DNA of 64,000 nucleotides, from positions 13,082,001-13,146,000 of the forward strand of contig CM060731.1 of the NCBI GenBank assembly GCA_030704615.1. Reading direction: 5' to 3'. This document shows, one piece after another, positions 14,556-27,300 of the stretch. Each line of letters opens with the position of its first letter. Position 1 is the stretch's first letter. The position numbers and the translations under genes were made by a program. The DNA comes from Takakia lepidozioides (taxonomy: Eukaryota > Plantae > Bryophyta). The notes beneath the pieces are model-generated. The model ran no database searches. It was given only the letters and a program-made list of their open reading frames with translations, and had not been told where the DNA came from.

Positions 14556-16754
14556 ATGACACCTACCTTCAATGGAAATCCAAGAGAGAAACGAAGTGGG
14601 GAAGGAGGCAACAAGTTGTGTTGTCACACTGGTGTGCAGGTGACCAGACCATGTAAAGATGGGGGACTGAAGGACGTAGAGCAAATTTTGTGTCTGATGG
14701 ACCAACGCTCCATTCTGGCATACCCCGACAACTATGCTCGTCTCGTGCAGGACTGTGCCAGGACGAAAGATCTTGGAGCTGGCAAACAGGTCCATGCTTA
14801 CATTGTCAAAAGTGGGTTGGAGCCAGACATCTTCACAGGGAACGCCCTTGTCAGCATGTATGCCAAGTGCGGAAGTGCTGTGGATGCACGACAGGTATTC
14901 AACAACATGCCGAAACGAGATGTGGTCTCATGGACCGCGATGATTTCAGGATATGCTCGGCAAGGGCACAGTGAAGATGCCTTTGAACTGCTCCGGCAAA
15001 TGCAGCAAGAAGGTGTGAAGCCAAATATGGTCACCTTCATCAGCATCCTCAATGCGTGTGCAAGCCCAGCAGCTCTGATAAAGGGCAGGTGGGTCCATGC
15101 CCATATCATCAAAGCTGGATATGAATCCGACGTCCGTGTGGGGACTGCCCTTGTTAGCATGTATGCCAACTGCGGGAGTGTGTTGGATGCGCGTCAAGTA
15201 TTTGACAAAATGCCCAAACGAAGTGTGGTCTCATGGAATGCGATGATTGCAGGATATGGTCAGCAAATGCATGGTGAAGAGGCATTTGAACTCTATCAGC
15301 AAATGCAAAGAGAAGGCATGGAGCCAAACATGATCACCTTTATGAGCATCCTCAATGCATGCACAAGCCCAGCAGCTCTCCAGCAGGGCAGGCACGTCCA
15401 TGCCCACATCATCAAAGATGGATCCAAGTCAAGTGTTTATTTGGAGACTGCCCTTGTCAGCATGTACTCCAGGTGTGGAAGTGTGCTGGATGCACTGCAA
15501 GTGTTCCACAAAATGCCTGAAAGAAATGTGGTTTCATGGAATGCGATGATTGCAGGATTCAGTGAACATGGTCGTGGTGAGGAGGCACTGGCACTCTTTT
15601 GGCAAATGCAGAAAGAAGGCATGAAGCCAAATAAGATTACATTCACTAGCCTCCTAAAGTCATTTGTAAGCCCAGTAGCTCTGGCACAGGGCAAAAGGGT
15701 CCATGCCCACATAAATGAATCTGGGTCTGATTCAGATGTCCATGTGGGGAACACCCTTGTCAGCATGTATTCCAAGTGTGGGAGTGTTGTGGATGCACGG
15801 CAAGTGTTTGACAAAATTATAAATCGAGATGTGGTCTCATGGACAGCAATGATTACAGGATATGCTCAGCATGGGTGCAGTAAGGAGGCCCTCCAACTAT
15901 TTGAGCAGATGCAGCGGGAACACGTGAAGCCTAACGAGGTCACATTCATTGGCGTTCTCTCTGCGTGCAGCCATATGGGCCTAGTGGATGAAGGCCGAGC
16001 CTACTTCTATTCCATGAGTCGAGATCATCACATCACACCAACTGAAAAGCATCACGGTTCCATGGTTGATCTCCTTGGCAGGGCAGGCCGCTTTGACGAG
16101 GCAGAGGACTTCATCGATAAAGTGCTGCTCAAACCAAGTGCTTCAGTTTTGGGGGCCTTGCTCAATGCTTCATTTATTCATGGCAATGTGGAACTGGCAG
16201 AACGTGCTGGAGCACGTATTTTGAGGTTGGAACCGCAGAGCTCTCTAGTGTACGTCTCCCTGTCTAACCTCTACGCCGCAGCTGGCAGGTGGGATGATGT
16301 TGCAAAGATGAGAAAAGTGATGGAGGAAAGAGGGGTGAAAAAGGAGGCAGGGTGCAGCTGGATTGAGATTGACAACAGGATACATGTGTTCGTTGCAGAT
16401 GACAGATCACACCCGCTTGCAGAGATGATCTATACCGAGTTGGAGGGATTGAGTAGGCTGATGAAGGATGCAGGATATGTGCCTGACACCCGCTGTGTAT
16501 TGCATAATTTGAATCAGCAACAAAAGGAACTGGCTCTCTGCCACCACAGCGAAAAGCTCGCAATTTCTTTTGGGCTCATCAGTACTCCCCCAGGGACACC
16601 TATCCACATCATCAAGAACCTTCGGGTGTGTGGGGATTGCCACACTGCCACCAAGTTCATCTCCAAAATTGTTGGGCGAGCAATTACTGCACGGGATGCC
16701 AACCGGTTTCATCATTTCAAGAATGGTGTGTGTTCATGTGGGGATTATTGGTGA
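14556..16754 (+). CDS. PLS-class PPR protein with E1/E2/DYW cytidine deaminase domain (organellar C-to-U editing factor)
   Basis: Single ORF of 732 aa with 14 P/L/S motifs ending P2-L2-S2, a PG-box-like EAGCSWIE, HSEKLA, CGDCH and C-terminal CSCGDYW. The true start is uncertain because an in-frame upstream ATG at 14415 is blocked by TAA 14466. Confidence 0.95.
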   Translation: MTPTFNGNPREKRSGEGGNKLCCHTGVQVTRPCKDGGLKDVEQILCLMDQRSILAYPDNYARLVQDCARTKDLGAGKQVHAYIVKSGLEPDIFTGNALVSMYAKCGSAVDARQVFNNMPKRDVVSWTAMISGYARQGHSEDAFELLRQMQQEGVKPNMVTFISILNACASPAALIKGRWVHAHIIKAGYESDVRVGTALVSMYANCGSVLDARQVFDKMPKRSVVSWNAMIAGYGQQMHGEEAFELYQQMQREGMEPNMITFMSILNACTSPAALQQGRHVHAHIIKDGSKSSVYLETALVSMYSRCGSVLDALQVFHKMPERNVVSWNAMIAGFSEHGRGEEALALFWQMQKEGMKPNKITFTSLLKSFVSPVALAQGKRVHAHINESGSDSDVHVGNTLVSMYSKCGSVVDARQVFDKIINRDVVSWTAMITGYAQHGCSKEALQLFEQMQREHVKPNEVTFIGVLSACSHMGLVDEGRAYFYSMSRDHHITPTEKHHGSMVDLLGRAGRFDEAEDFIDKVLLKPSASVLGALLNASFIHGNVELAERAGARILRLEPQSSLVYVSLSNLYAAAGRWDDVAKMRKVMEERGVKKEAGCSWIEIDNRIHVFVADDRSHPLAEMIYTELEGLSRLMKDAGYVPDTRCVLHNLNQQQKELALCHHSEKLAISFGLISTPPGTPIHIIKNLRVCGDCHTATKFISKIVGRAITARDANRFHHFKNGVCSCGDYW

Positions 16755-19727
16755 TTGTAAGTGGCCCAGGTGACAAACACAAGCTATTACTTCACTTTGT
16801 TCTTGGGCTAACATCTGTCTGTCTCTCTCTGATCTGTTCTTCCCCCAATGACATTGTTACGAGCATACGGCTGCATGTCTCAAGCTTTCGACCAATACAG
16901 ATATTGCACAACCTCACTCATTCTCACATGAATGAATTTTCACAGCTCGGTTCTTTTGAGAGGTACATCCTTCTTTCCATGGCTAGGAGTGTGATCTCGG
17001 TTTTTTCTCTGCTTGATTCCAGTCTGACTTGTTATAGAGAGTCCTCTACATCATCTTGGATCTTGATAGCCAAGGTGGTCAGCCTTGTTCCACTTCAAGG
17101 ATTGAAATGGTGATGCAAAAATAAAATTGTAGGAGCAAAGGCATCCTGCTGTGAAGAGCAGGGGGAGTGTAAGAATGTTGGTGAAAGATAACGAATTTCT
17201 TGACAGAAATTCATGCAGGCTTTGTCTCAGTGAGTCCAGGTAGAAGCTACAGTAGCATTTTCTGAAAAGAATGTTGTCCTTTTTCGTATGATGCGATTGC
17301 CAGGTCTGATATCAACACTCGTTAACCTGATTGTCATCAGCTCTCGACAGTACTATGATGATTGTGGACTGACTTTCCTACCTTGGTGGGTTTTAAAGCC
17401 CTCGAGTATTGAAACTGAGTAAGATGATTGGCAGCATTCATAGAACATGGCCCCAACATATTTGTGTTTTCTGAAGTTTGTAAAGCATTCAGACCGACAA
17501 ACCCACCTTGTTTTCAGCCATCCAAACTTCCAAACGGAGTTAGAAAGCAAGAGAGAAGAATATCAAAGATGATGTTGTCTTCAGTGATCCCTGTCATGAT
17601 GTAGTACTGCTTTTTCTGTTCAATCATCCCCATTTTCTTAACGGGCTCTATAACTCCTAGCTTCATACAGGCTAAAATGACTGTTACACTACTGGCTTTG
17701 GCACTTGTCAGTGTCACTTGTGCATTGTCAGAGTTTTGAACTAGTGAAAACTCATTTCCTAGATTATGTGCCAGTCACTCTGAAACAACCTCATGTGATC
17801 AGCCCACGACCATGTCTGCTGGCAGCTGCAGCAATGGAAATCCGTTATGATTGAGCCCAATGACTTGAGGAAACCTTGGCTTCAGGCAGAAGTTTCCATG
17901 GGCCTTCTAACCCTCTTTGACGGGTTCAATATGCAGTGCATTATCAGAAACAAAGCGAGAAGTAACTGAGACGGGGGAGGGATTTGTGAATAGGATGGAA
18001 CAGTCTCCAAAAGAAACAATGAACAGATGAAACTGATGGGACTCCAAGAAACCAAGGCCTCATCAAAAGAAAGAGCATGCGCAAAATGTCAGTCATGCTG
18101 TGCACTTTATCAGGAAATTCCGATGGTGAACATGCTATGTTAGGCCCTTCTTGAATCAATCTTAACTGAAGCGGATGCATGAACATGCCGAGGAGTGCAT
18201 GACTTTTAATCACGAACTTAAGCGCATAAGGTACACAAAGAGAAAAAGGGAAAATAATGACTTTTGAAGCAGGGAAGACAATGTCAGACTTTCTTGTACT
18301 GGAGGGCCCCACTGCATACCAATAACATATTTATTGCTCTCTCCAGACCACAACATTGTTATTAACCAAGGACGGGCTTCTGGGTTGATAGCAACGGTCC
18401 TAATGAGATTATATAAAACGAAGCACAGCCTGATAGTGAGCCTTGTACTTGCCATGAACTTTGTGGAATGCAGAATTCGCAGTGTCGGTTGGTGCCATCT
18501 TGTGCACAGCACTGTATTCTGATTATCTGATAGGCATGTCGATATTGAGCAGTGGCCACCGGTCTTCGAGGAGGTAATGGCAAAGATCACGCCTACCCAT
18601 GTGTTGGGGATCCCACAGAAAACTCAATGTCACGGGGAATCGTACAGTGAAGGACGAACTCCAGTGAACAGATTGAATCCAAGTGGAGTTCATCAGTGAA
18701 GGACTGAACTCCACTTCACAAAATTGCATCCAAATCTTTGAACAAGATAATCTCTGATCTCACTCGTGAGTAGGCTAGTGTTTGCTTCTCTCTAGTCTCT
18801 TCAATGCTCTAAGAGACCAATGATCCCAATTCCAAAGTTGATGAGAGTTCATCCCCGAAGTCTCATGAATCGTCTCCTTTTCCTTTTTCTTTTTCCAAGT
18901 AAACCGGAGCCACAGCCACTGGGCCTTGGGGAAAATTTAACCCCCTCTCTGGCAACACAGGGGACAGAGGCCCAACCCGAAGCCAGCACAGGGGAATGAA
19001 GCCATGACCAAAGGCAATGCACAGGCAGTCATACCCCACTGCCGGGCCACAGCCCCTGGTGTGGCATCTTGTCGTTTTCCGAGAAAGGGGAATATGAGCA
19101 AGGAGCATACTTGGGGCTCTGGCCAAGTGCTTTGGCATGATGGTCAGGGATTCAAATCCCTTGTAGTTTCCATCTTGGGGGAAGTTCCTTGAGGGGCAAT
19201 TGGGAGTGCCTATGGAATAAACTAGAAATGTCGAGGAGTTTGCAAGCCCCAAAATCAACCCTTTATCTGTAGATCTCTAGGGGGGTCCAAGTCTATAGAT
19301 CCCTTGTTCTTATTAGAATAGCTTGGTATGGCCGTCCCTGGAAGCTTCTGTATGCTTTATGGCTAGCATGGTTTTGTTGGTTATGAAGGAAACCTGAGTC
19401 ACGGTTACAGAGGCCCTTTTGTATCACAGCCATGCAGCTTACCAAGGAATTGAACCCCATACCCTTAACATTGGAGCAAAGCATAACCCTGGATTTCAGA
19501 AAGAATTTTTAGACAATTTAGGAGCCTTGGTTCACTACAGCAAATTGGGGAAATCTACCCCCCAAAATTCACGTACAACAACACATCCCCCTAAATTTTA
19601 GGTCTTTCACTCTGAAATTTTCAGAGAGCATCTTCTGTTGAATTCGGAGGCCATTCACCCCAGCGAAATATGGATATTCCCAGTGGAATGGGCACATACC
19701 ACGTTGGATGTGGTTGTGGGTTCAAAC

Positions 19728-20446
19728 CAGTTTTGTACTGGTATGTGCCAGTTGGCCCGGGTATGTGCGCTCTATGAGCAAGGGTATTGTAGAACATACC
19801 AGTTGGGTATGTCTTGGGGCGTATACCCCGGCTATACCCTGGACCCCGGGTTTTGAACACTGGACCTACCCCCTTACCTACCATATCAGTATAAGTATAA
19901 ACTATTGTCGTACTGGGAGACCTGTATTGAGGATTGATGAAGCCAAGCTAGCATGGGTATGTGTAATGATACAATTTTTTTGTAATTACCCTCATTCACA
20001 TTTGTGCAATGTAAAAATATAGCACTATATCTTTGGGCTCCCAGCCGCTGGCATGATTGATTTGAGCCGCTGGCATCATCTATCCCAACCACTACAAAAT
20101 GGATCACCATAATATAACCATGTACCAAAAATATAAATCTATAACTAACAACATGGGTTTGTGGGTACAAATATAAGACATGTAAAAACAACGTGAAGTT
20201 AACCTTAAAATACCACAATATATAATATAATTGTCGAAGATACCAGCCATAACCATACCATTGCACATGCTTCCCCCGGTACGTCATATCCATGCCTAGG
20301 ACCAGGATATCTCAAAATTCGAAATACCCTTACCCATCCTAAAACCTAGCCGGTCCTAATCTACCCCGGGCCCTACCAGTTGGAGCCAAGTTGGACCTAC
20401 CAAGACTAGTGGGGTATGCCAAAATGGACATACCACTACAACACTG
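19728..20446. mobile_element. Non-autonomous hAT-type element (MITE)
   Basis: TIRs CAGTTTTGTACTGGTATGT and reverse complement CAGTGTTGTAGTGGTATGT; 8-bp TSD GTTCAAAC/GCTCAAAC (1 mismatch); subterminal GGTAT/ATACC motifs. It splits a dispersed repeat whose intact inverted copy is at ~23985-24104. Confidence 0.8.
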
Positions 20447-21099
20447 GCTCAAACCACGGTCTGGTGTGCCAGGAAGGTGTCCACGTTTCAGCTGGAAGGC
20501 AATAGCCCTTGTGGTGAAGAGACACCATAAGTTATGCGTCATACTTTTTTTTATGGATATAAAATTTCCACGGTCAAACATTTTTTGTCATGTAATCTTC
20601 ATTTGGGTTCCAAATTTTGTCTTTTCTTTTTGTTATAATCTCCCATTTGCAACGGTAAAACCTGCCCAGATTTTGTGTGACAATGTTCATGTCTCCGGTA
20701 GAGATGAGGTTGTAAGGTTCATCTAAGTGGACTAGGGTAGCATGTGCATTCGCCCATATGTAAAGACTTAAATCGAAGACCAAGAACAATTTCCTATGTA
20801 TCCAAGTGCGTCTCATAAGTTAAGACCCATCTAAGCCCAAGTGCAATCTCATATGTATCCAAGTACTTCTACCATTTAGAGGCCCAAGTGCGACCTCCAA
20901 TATCATTCCAACACTTAATTTTGTAATTTAGTTGAATTTTCAGCGACCAAAATTGGCCATATTTCTATGATTTTCGACCCAAGGTCCAAATTTTGTGAAA
21001 CCAAGTCGGAGTTTCCTTACTCATCGAGGGCTTTCCAAAGACTGGATGGATGCGCATACTATGTGGAAATATTCAACTATCGCCTGAACAAGAGAAAAC

Positions 21100-21720
21100 G
21101 TCAAGAACACTTGAATTGACTGTTGCAAGAAATCGATAAGTGGCGAGGTCTTCTACGGCAAGGCTCTTGACATTCTTCATCATAATTGGATAAGAAATTA
21201 GTCTCTTTGGTTGATAACCTATAGTGCAAATGAAGAACTGACCTAAACGACATCCACTTATGTCACCGATATCTAAATGTATGGTGTTGTTATAGGAAAA
21301 CTCGGCCACTAATAAAAGGTCCATTCAATTTTGTTGTCGTGGCCCTATGCCCAGTCCACCGTTTAAGGGAAGAAACGGACAAAAATGGCCGGGTATGCTT
21401 CTCACTTCCATGCATGGGGCGGCGGACGAGTTCATGTGTTGGTAGCGCATTGGTAGCGCAGCCCCATAAAATGGTAAAGTCACTCATACCTGCAGGCAGG
21501 TGGTAGCTACTAGCTAGCAAGCAATTGTCTCCGAGGAACGTGATAGAGTGAGGCGTGGATAGAGGGGGCGGACTACTCACAACTGGGGAAGGAATGCGAA
21601 TTGTGCGGTAGCACAAACCAGCTTGAACTACATAACCTGAGACCTCTTCAATATATCATGAAGGGGGCAAAGGCTCTTGTTAAGGCAGCCATAGCCAAAT
21701 CTAGAAAGTAGATCACATCC
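21100..21720 (-). mobile_element. Degraded Ty3/gypsy integrase remnant
   Basis: MDLLLVAEFSYNNTIH resembles the gypsy integrase W.DLLP.AEF.YNN motif; the surrounding frames are broken. Confidence 0.5.
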
Positions 21721-23303
21721 CCCGATTGGACAAGCCGTGTAGGAAAAAATGGCGAGATCTTAGTCCTTTCTCCGGAAGCGCGCTTTGCGCCAGAAGTCGG
21801 ATACTATATCGAAAAGCTGCTGGAGGCTCGAAGGTCGCAGAGACCACACTCCTGATTTGTGCGTGTCTTGCCCCGTTGGAGTGTGTGGCGCAGTGAAGCA
21901 GATGCTGTGAGCGTGTAGTTGGGCCACTCGGCAATAGGTACGCGAACAGATGATCGTCTCAATGGGATCAGAGCAGAGAAGAGACAAGGGATCATGAAGA
22001 GGAAATGGGATGAGAGCAGAGAAGAGACGAGACTTTCATGGGATCATAACAGGGAAATGCAGGAACGCCTCTCATAGAATTTTTTTTAGTGATAAATAGA
22101 GACCCTCTTGTTCCCAGAGTATGTTGCCGGAGGGCCACTCTAGACACACCCCGAATGAGCCACCAAAATGTGGTGGTGGTCAATGATAAGACTAGTTGCA
22201 GGTTTTGGCCTGTGGATATACATATATATATATATATATATATGACTCCAACTGGAGTTAGCAAAAATAAGAGCCTTTAAGGATGGATGGTTTAGACATG
22301 GCCTCTTAAGGGAAAACTCCAAGTCCAGTCCGCCAATTTTTTTCCCTTCAATAATCTTCAATAAAGCTCTAACTTAAGGGCTTCCTCCCCTTCCAACTAA
22401 AAAAAAGCCCGCCAGTGAATTTTGCCAAGACATTAGGGTATGTCTAATCAAAGGGGTGTATGTGACCAAACACCCCATAACTGCTTCTAGTTTTTTTTAA
22501 ATAAATAAAAAGGAAAACCTTGGAACAACAGCTTGGACCTTAGAGCGTCCTTCCATGTGGGATGAGCCCGGCCCGCAGAAAAAGGAGTTTGCCTGGTGCT
22601 AAAAACACATGGCTGGGTTCACTCGAGAATTTCAATGTCAGGTCACGGAGCTCGGAGCTCGACTTTAGCATGACGTGGTAAGGGGGCGCTACCACCTACT
22701 GCAGGCTTGCTGAACGGAAGCTTTGATAGCTTCCCATGTTTTGTTCCTCGATGTCTGTGCCAAGCTGCTGCATCCAAGGCCAGGCATTCACTCTCTGCTC
22801 GCACCCTGCAAAGCACCACGGGCCGCCATCTGCTTTGCTCGGCAGACGAAACCCAAGTCGAGAATCTGCGCTGCAGACAGGCAAGACGATGCAGGTTCCA
22901 TTCGTGCATTCACTCTGGCGATTCAACATTCATTCGATTGCTGTCGCCAATCTGGTTCGAGTATCGAACCTAAGGCTTAGGATTTCCCCACACCTAATCC
23001 CGAACCAGGATGCCCAGTTCGGGTTTCGGTCTGACTCGACCAAACATTTCAACCGTGCATGCCGCGAATACCGGGGACTGTCGTGCACTGTTTCCCGTCC
23101 AACGAACTCCAGGGTTTTGACGTGCCACGTATGCTTCGGAGAAGGTGACACCTGGCTCCCAGTTGAATTTGGATAATGAATACGGTATGACGTGCGAGGA
23201 CGTTGCTTTTTCAGAGGATACTACATATCGGCCACCCAGCACTGTCACGTGTCAGACATGCATTTGTCCAACAGCATCTACGCCTACTGTCGGATTGCAA
23301 ACT

Positions 23304-23378
23304 GGCAGCGGGTAGCTCAGTTGGATAGAGCACTTTGTGTCGCCCTACTGGTTTGGGGCTCAAATCCTGCTTCCTCGG
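23304..23378 (+). repeat. tRNA-derived sequence (SINE head or tRNA pseudogene)
   Basis: A-box-like TAGCTCAGTTGGATAG and B-box-like GGCTCAAATCC at tRNA spacing; no convincing acceptor or anticodon stems. Confidence 0.4.
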
Positions 23379-23984
23379 TGCGATGGTTTCGTGGCTGGGG
23401 ATTGATGGTGTCTGTTGTATGCTTCATTGGTTCTATGAAAGGGGGGTTTAATTTCCCCCCTCCTTTGGTAAGCGGCTGAATTATTCCAGGTTTCCCTTTT
23501 TAATAATAAAAAACAAATAATATAAACAAAGAAACAGGAAAAGGACAAAGAGACAAAATGGTCTGGTTGGTGCCCCACGCTTCTCAGCCGCTCTACATAC
23601 ATACATACACATACTCTCTATTCATGCATACATACCACCATGACGCACTACCGTCCATCCATCGGAACCTCATGTTTCATCATGCCCATACCATTAGTAT
23701 GGTAATTGTTTCAAATATGAATAAAAGGTAAAAAGAGAAAAAAAAAAAAAAAATTGTCCTTTAGTAGTTTTTGGCATTTTGTTTGTTTTTGGGAAGAAAG
23801 AGAGGAAGCCCTAGCAAACTTTAGAAGTTGGCTCCGCCTGTAAATGTAAGGGAAGAGTCTGAAACAAAACTTTGACCTTCCACACAACTTTAGTGTAATC
23901 AGTTCTCCCCATTCTACTGCAATCAGATCTCTTAGAGCACTCATCCTTAACAAACAAGAAAATGAAAGCAGATATGTATGCCGC

Positions 23985-24104
23985 CTCTCTCGTCACCCCA
24001 AGGGACTACTACCTCCAGGCGGGAAGGTGGAGACCTTTGTGATACCAATAGGTGGATTAAACCCACAACCACTTCCGAGGTGGTATGTGCCCATTCCCAT
24101 TGGG
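23985..24104 (-). repeat. Short dispersed repeat family copy
   Basis: Its reverse complement aligns with 19679-19727 plus 20447-20520 once the hAT MITE is removed. Confidence 0.7.
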
Positions 24105-25291
24105 CGACAACTCGATTGTTGAAAGCGGATAAGTTGCAGTACAGTAGGTTTTGTCGGCTCTCTTGCGTAGAAGTGAAATTACGCATCTTGTTGAAGTCAA
24201 CGCGGAAAATGTAGTCAAAGGACCTTATACCATGTCAAGGCTTGGATTGCTATGTTGTGTTGTGTTGAGTCATACCACTTAATCTCACCTCTCTTTTATG
24301 TTTTGCCAAAGCAAGGGAGCCACTGCCGATTGCGGCTTGTTTTATAAGCACACCCCCCAAAGGCAGCAAATACCCGCAAAAGAAAGAGGTTGTTGCCAAA
24401 AAAAAAAAATGGTTCAAATTTTTGCCAACTTTGGCTAGCGTCATCTCACTCTCTAGTTTTCAAAATTCCCAATAATGCAATGGCCCCCATCCTCGAGAGG
24501 TTGTGTTCTCAAAGTTCCAATTATGCATTGGGTCCCATCGAGAGGTGGCATATGGTTGATTTCATGATGAATAATGTCAAGACAATCTTGAATTGTAGTG
24601 TGTGGTCCCACTACTTAAGTCTCAAAGTTCACAATATCTTATGTGGGTCCTTTCTAAAATCAAACTTGCCCTTTCTATAATTTTTTATTTATTTTTTTAA
24701 ACAACTATCCCGCAAAGCTTCAATTTAAATAATTGTAATAGATACGATTTAATGAATTCAACAATAGGACAGTGCCATTTTGCGACTAGCTGACATTGGG
24801 TAGAAATTCTTCGACAATTTTTTGTTTTCAAACGGGAACAGGGAGAAACAACTTATAATTCAGACTCTTACAAGAATATGGTAAAAATAACCCCCTTCCA
24901 GTTATGAGCCGTACTTGTACGTGCGTGAGGTTGCGATGACTTGTTTTGAGTGTGGTGGAGATGTGGCACTGCTCTTGGTGTACCGCCTATGTTTTCAAAA
25001 TGAAACGGTAGGAACAACTTACAGTTGAGGCTCTTCAGGAGACAACATTCCTTGTCTCCTTCGTTTACGACTTTGAGCAAGTCCATGTAGATATGCTTAA
25101 AAGAAGAAAGTAGGATATTTCAAATGCGAGATGCACCAGCAATGGAAGCCCCTTTCATCAATTGCCTTCATTGCTCTTACAAGATGAAGGAGAGATAATA
25201 ACCCCCTTTCCATTATGAGCCCTACTTTTGTGTGCGTGTAGTTGTGATGTTTTGAGCATGGCGATGCGGCTTTACTCTTGGTGTCCAAGAG

Positions 25292-25782
25292 TAGTGGGAT
25301 AGCCGGTTAGGCAGAAATTAGTTTGAAAAAAAAGTATTTTTGACAAGAGTGCCTAACTTTGAAAGATTATCTTTAACTTTCAAAATTTTATCTAAAACGT
25401 TCCTATGGTATAAAAACTTGAGTTTAAATTAGAAACAAATCTAAAATAGAAAAACAAATCTAAAAATGACATCCATTTATAATGATAGTCATTTAAAACG
25501 TCATCCCGCATGGACTCAATTTTCAATTTGCATCCATGGCAGCGGCTGAGTTTTCATTCAAAACGTCATCCATGGACTCAGTTTTCAAATTTGCATCCAT
25601 GGCAGCGGCTGTATTTTTATATTTTTGTGTTCTCATTTTGTGATCATTATTTTTAGTTGCCTAATTTGAAAAAATTACACATCAAAAATGCCTAATTAAA
25701 TTTTTTTCTCAAAAGTGCCTAACTGCCAAATGGCCCCAAAGTAATTATTAGGCAGGCAAGTCCCTAACCGGCTATCCCACTA
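25292..25782. mobile_element. MITE with 20-bp perfect TIRs
   Basis: TAGTGGGATAGCCGGTTAGG at 25292-25311 and its reverse complement at 25763-25782; AT-rich interior with an internal duplication; no clear TSD. Confidence 0.75.
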
Positions 25783-25814
25783 TGGTATGTATAGGACACC
25801 AACTGGAGTTAGAG

Positions 25815-26554
25815 TGTCGCAACCCTTTGCCTTGAGGGCGAGGGGTTGTTACAGAAGAGGGGCTGCCCCTGTGGTGGGGGCAACGGCAGCGCATCGGGAT
25901 AGGGGCTGAAGCACCCTTGGGTGCCAAAGGCACTCAAGGAGGCGGAGACACTCACTAGGTGGAGCCCCACCAACCGGGTTAATGCGGTAGGGGGGCCATC
26001 CGTGTGGGGTGGTGGTACCGTAGGGAGTCGTGGGGGTGGCATAGGACTCACCACGAGGCTGAAGCCTTGTGGTGGGAGTCGTGGGGAGTCTTGGGGCTCA
26101 CCACGGTCCACGGTCCATTGGGATCGTAGTGGGTGGGCCAAGACTCAATGCGACTCATCACAGGGGAGTCGAGGGTCTAGCTGGTGGTGGTGCACCAGAT
26201 TTGGACTTGGCTGGTTGTGAAACCCCCGCGGACACCTACAAAATTATATATAGGGAGTAGTAACTCCGAGAACGGTGCAAGCCCGTTGGTGACCAAAAAC
26301 TAGTGAGTAAACGTGCGAGCCGGAAAGCGACCAAGGTGTGGGGAGCTATTCCGGACTGCCAACTACCAAAGGGAATTTCCACTAGCCCCAAAGTGGTAGA
26401 GGGTCTCGTGGAGGAGTAAGAGGGACCGTAATGCCTCGGTGAGCAGCCGAAGCTCCGAATTGGCCCGGCGGCCGGTTTGGGAGTTAGGCGCACGCATCAA
26501 AGCGAGTAACTAATATGACTTAAAGGGGGAATTACCAAAGTGAGGTGCGCGACA
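25815..26554 (+). repeat. 5' LTR
   Basis: TG...CA ends with 6-bp inverted termini, followed by a tRNA-Met PBS. Confidence 0.9.
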
Positions 26555-26766
26555 CTTGGTATCAGAGTTTAGAGTTCAGTACATAATCATCCTTGAGATC
26601 GGCCTCACCATGGGGTCCGGCAAGACAAAGCGAAAGCGAAACGGCCTGAAAGACGATAATCCCGGTGAGCCCGGTGGGGGCGACGTGTCCACGGAGCGGC
26701 AACTGGAAGAGGCGATTTATGCTTATGAAAGCGAGGCCGCTCGAGAGCGGGAGGAATCTGAGGAGT

Positions 26767-27300
26767 CACTACAATAGATCCCGGCTTTTACTTCTGATAT
26801 TTTCCAGTCATATCAGCCTTTTATGACTGCATGACTGCCCAGTCAGATAAACCCAGTCAGTTGTGACAAATGAGTCGTAAATGCCATAGAGTCATATCTG
26901 CCAGTCGTGGAGCTCACTGTTGACATGGCAACGGGGACGCCTAATCATTGATAAGACCGTAGTAAATGACTGCGAATCCATGTCAGCTTCACGTGGAACG
27001 GAAGGGATATGCCACGTGTCACGTCAAAGGGAAGGCGACAGGGTCTTTACGACTGGCATATACGACTTCCGCAGATTAATCCCAGGACAACACGTGGAGA
27101 AGATTGGATATGACACGTGGAGTCAAATTATGCAGGATGGGGGTGGTCGTTATGACTGGAACATATGACTGCCATGGCGTACTCTAGATACTGCACGTGG
27201 CACGAGTATGGGCGAACACGAGAGGTGAAAGTGGCACGTAGCGGAGGCTCTGTGGATGGGAGGTAGTCGTGTATATGACCGTAGTCATGGGCCTAACTCT
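26767..27300. mobile_element. Left end of a second CACTA-like element interrupting gag (right end not found)
   Basis: CACTACAATAGATCCCGGCTTTT resembles the TIR at 29076 and is followed by ~500 bp of CAGTCAT/ATGACTG subterminal motifs. The gag reading frame ends at this junction. Confidence 0.65.

Noticed and set aside
14472-16715. Antisense and alternate-frame ORFs over the PPR gene (also over GGPPS, FAR and the transposase)
   Set aside because: These are shadow ORFs of real coding sequence with no independent motifs.
22640-22710. Minus-strand tRNA-Gly-like sequence
   Set aside because: The similarity is too weak to support a call.
23304-23378. Functional tRNA gene
   Set aside because: Only the A and B boxes are recognisable; the cloverleaf stems do not pair.
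19679-24104. Inverted repeat pair as TIRs of one 4.4-kb element
   Set aside because: There is no TSD, and a third partial copy at 9.3 kb shows it is a dispersed repeat.
25290-25784. Transib/RSS-like element (CATAGTG end)
   Set aside because: The heptamer-like end is present on one side only and there is no 5-bp TSD; left as an unclassified MITE.
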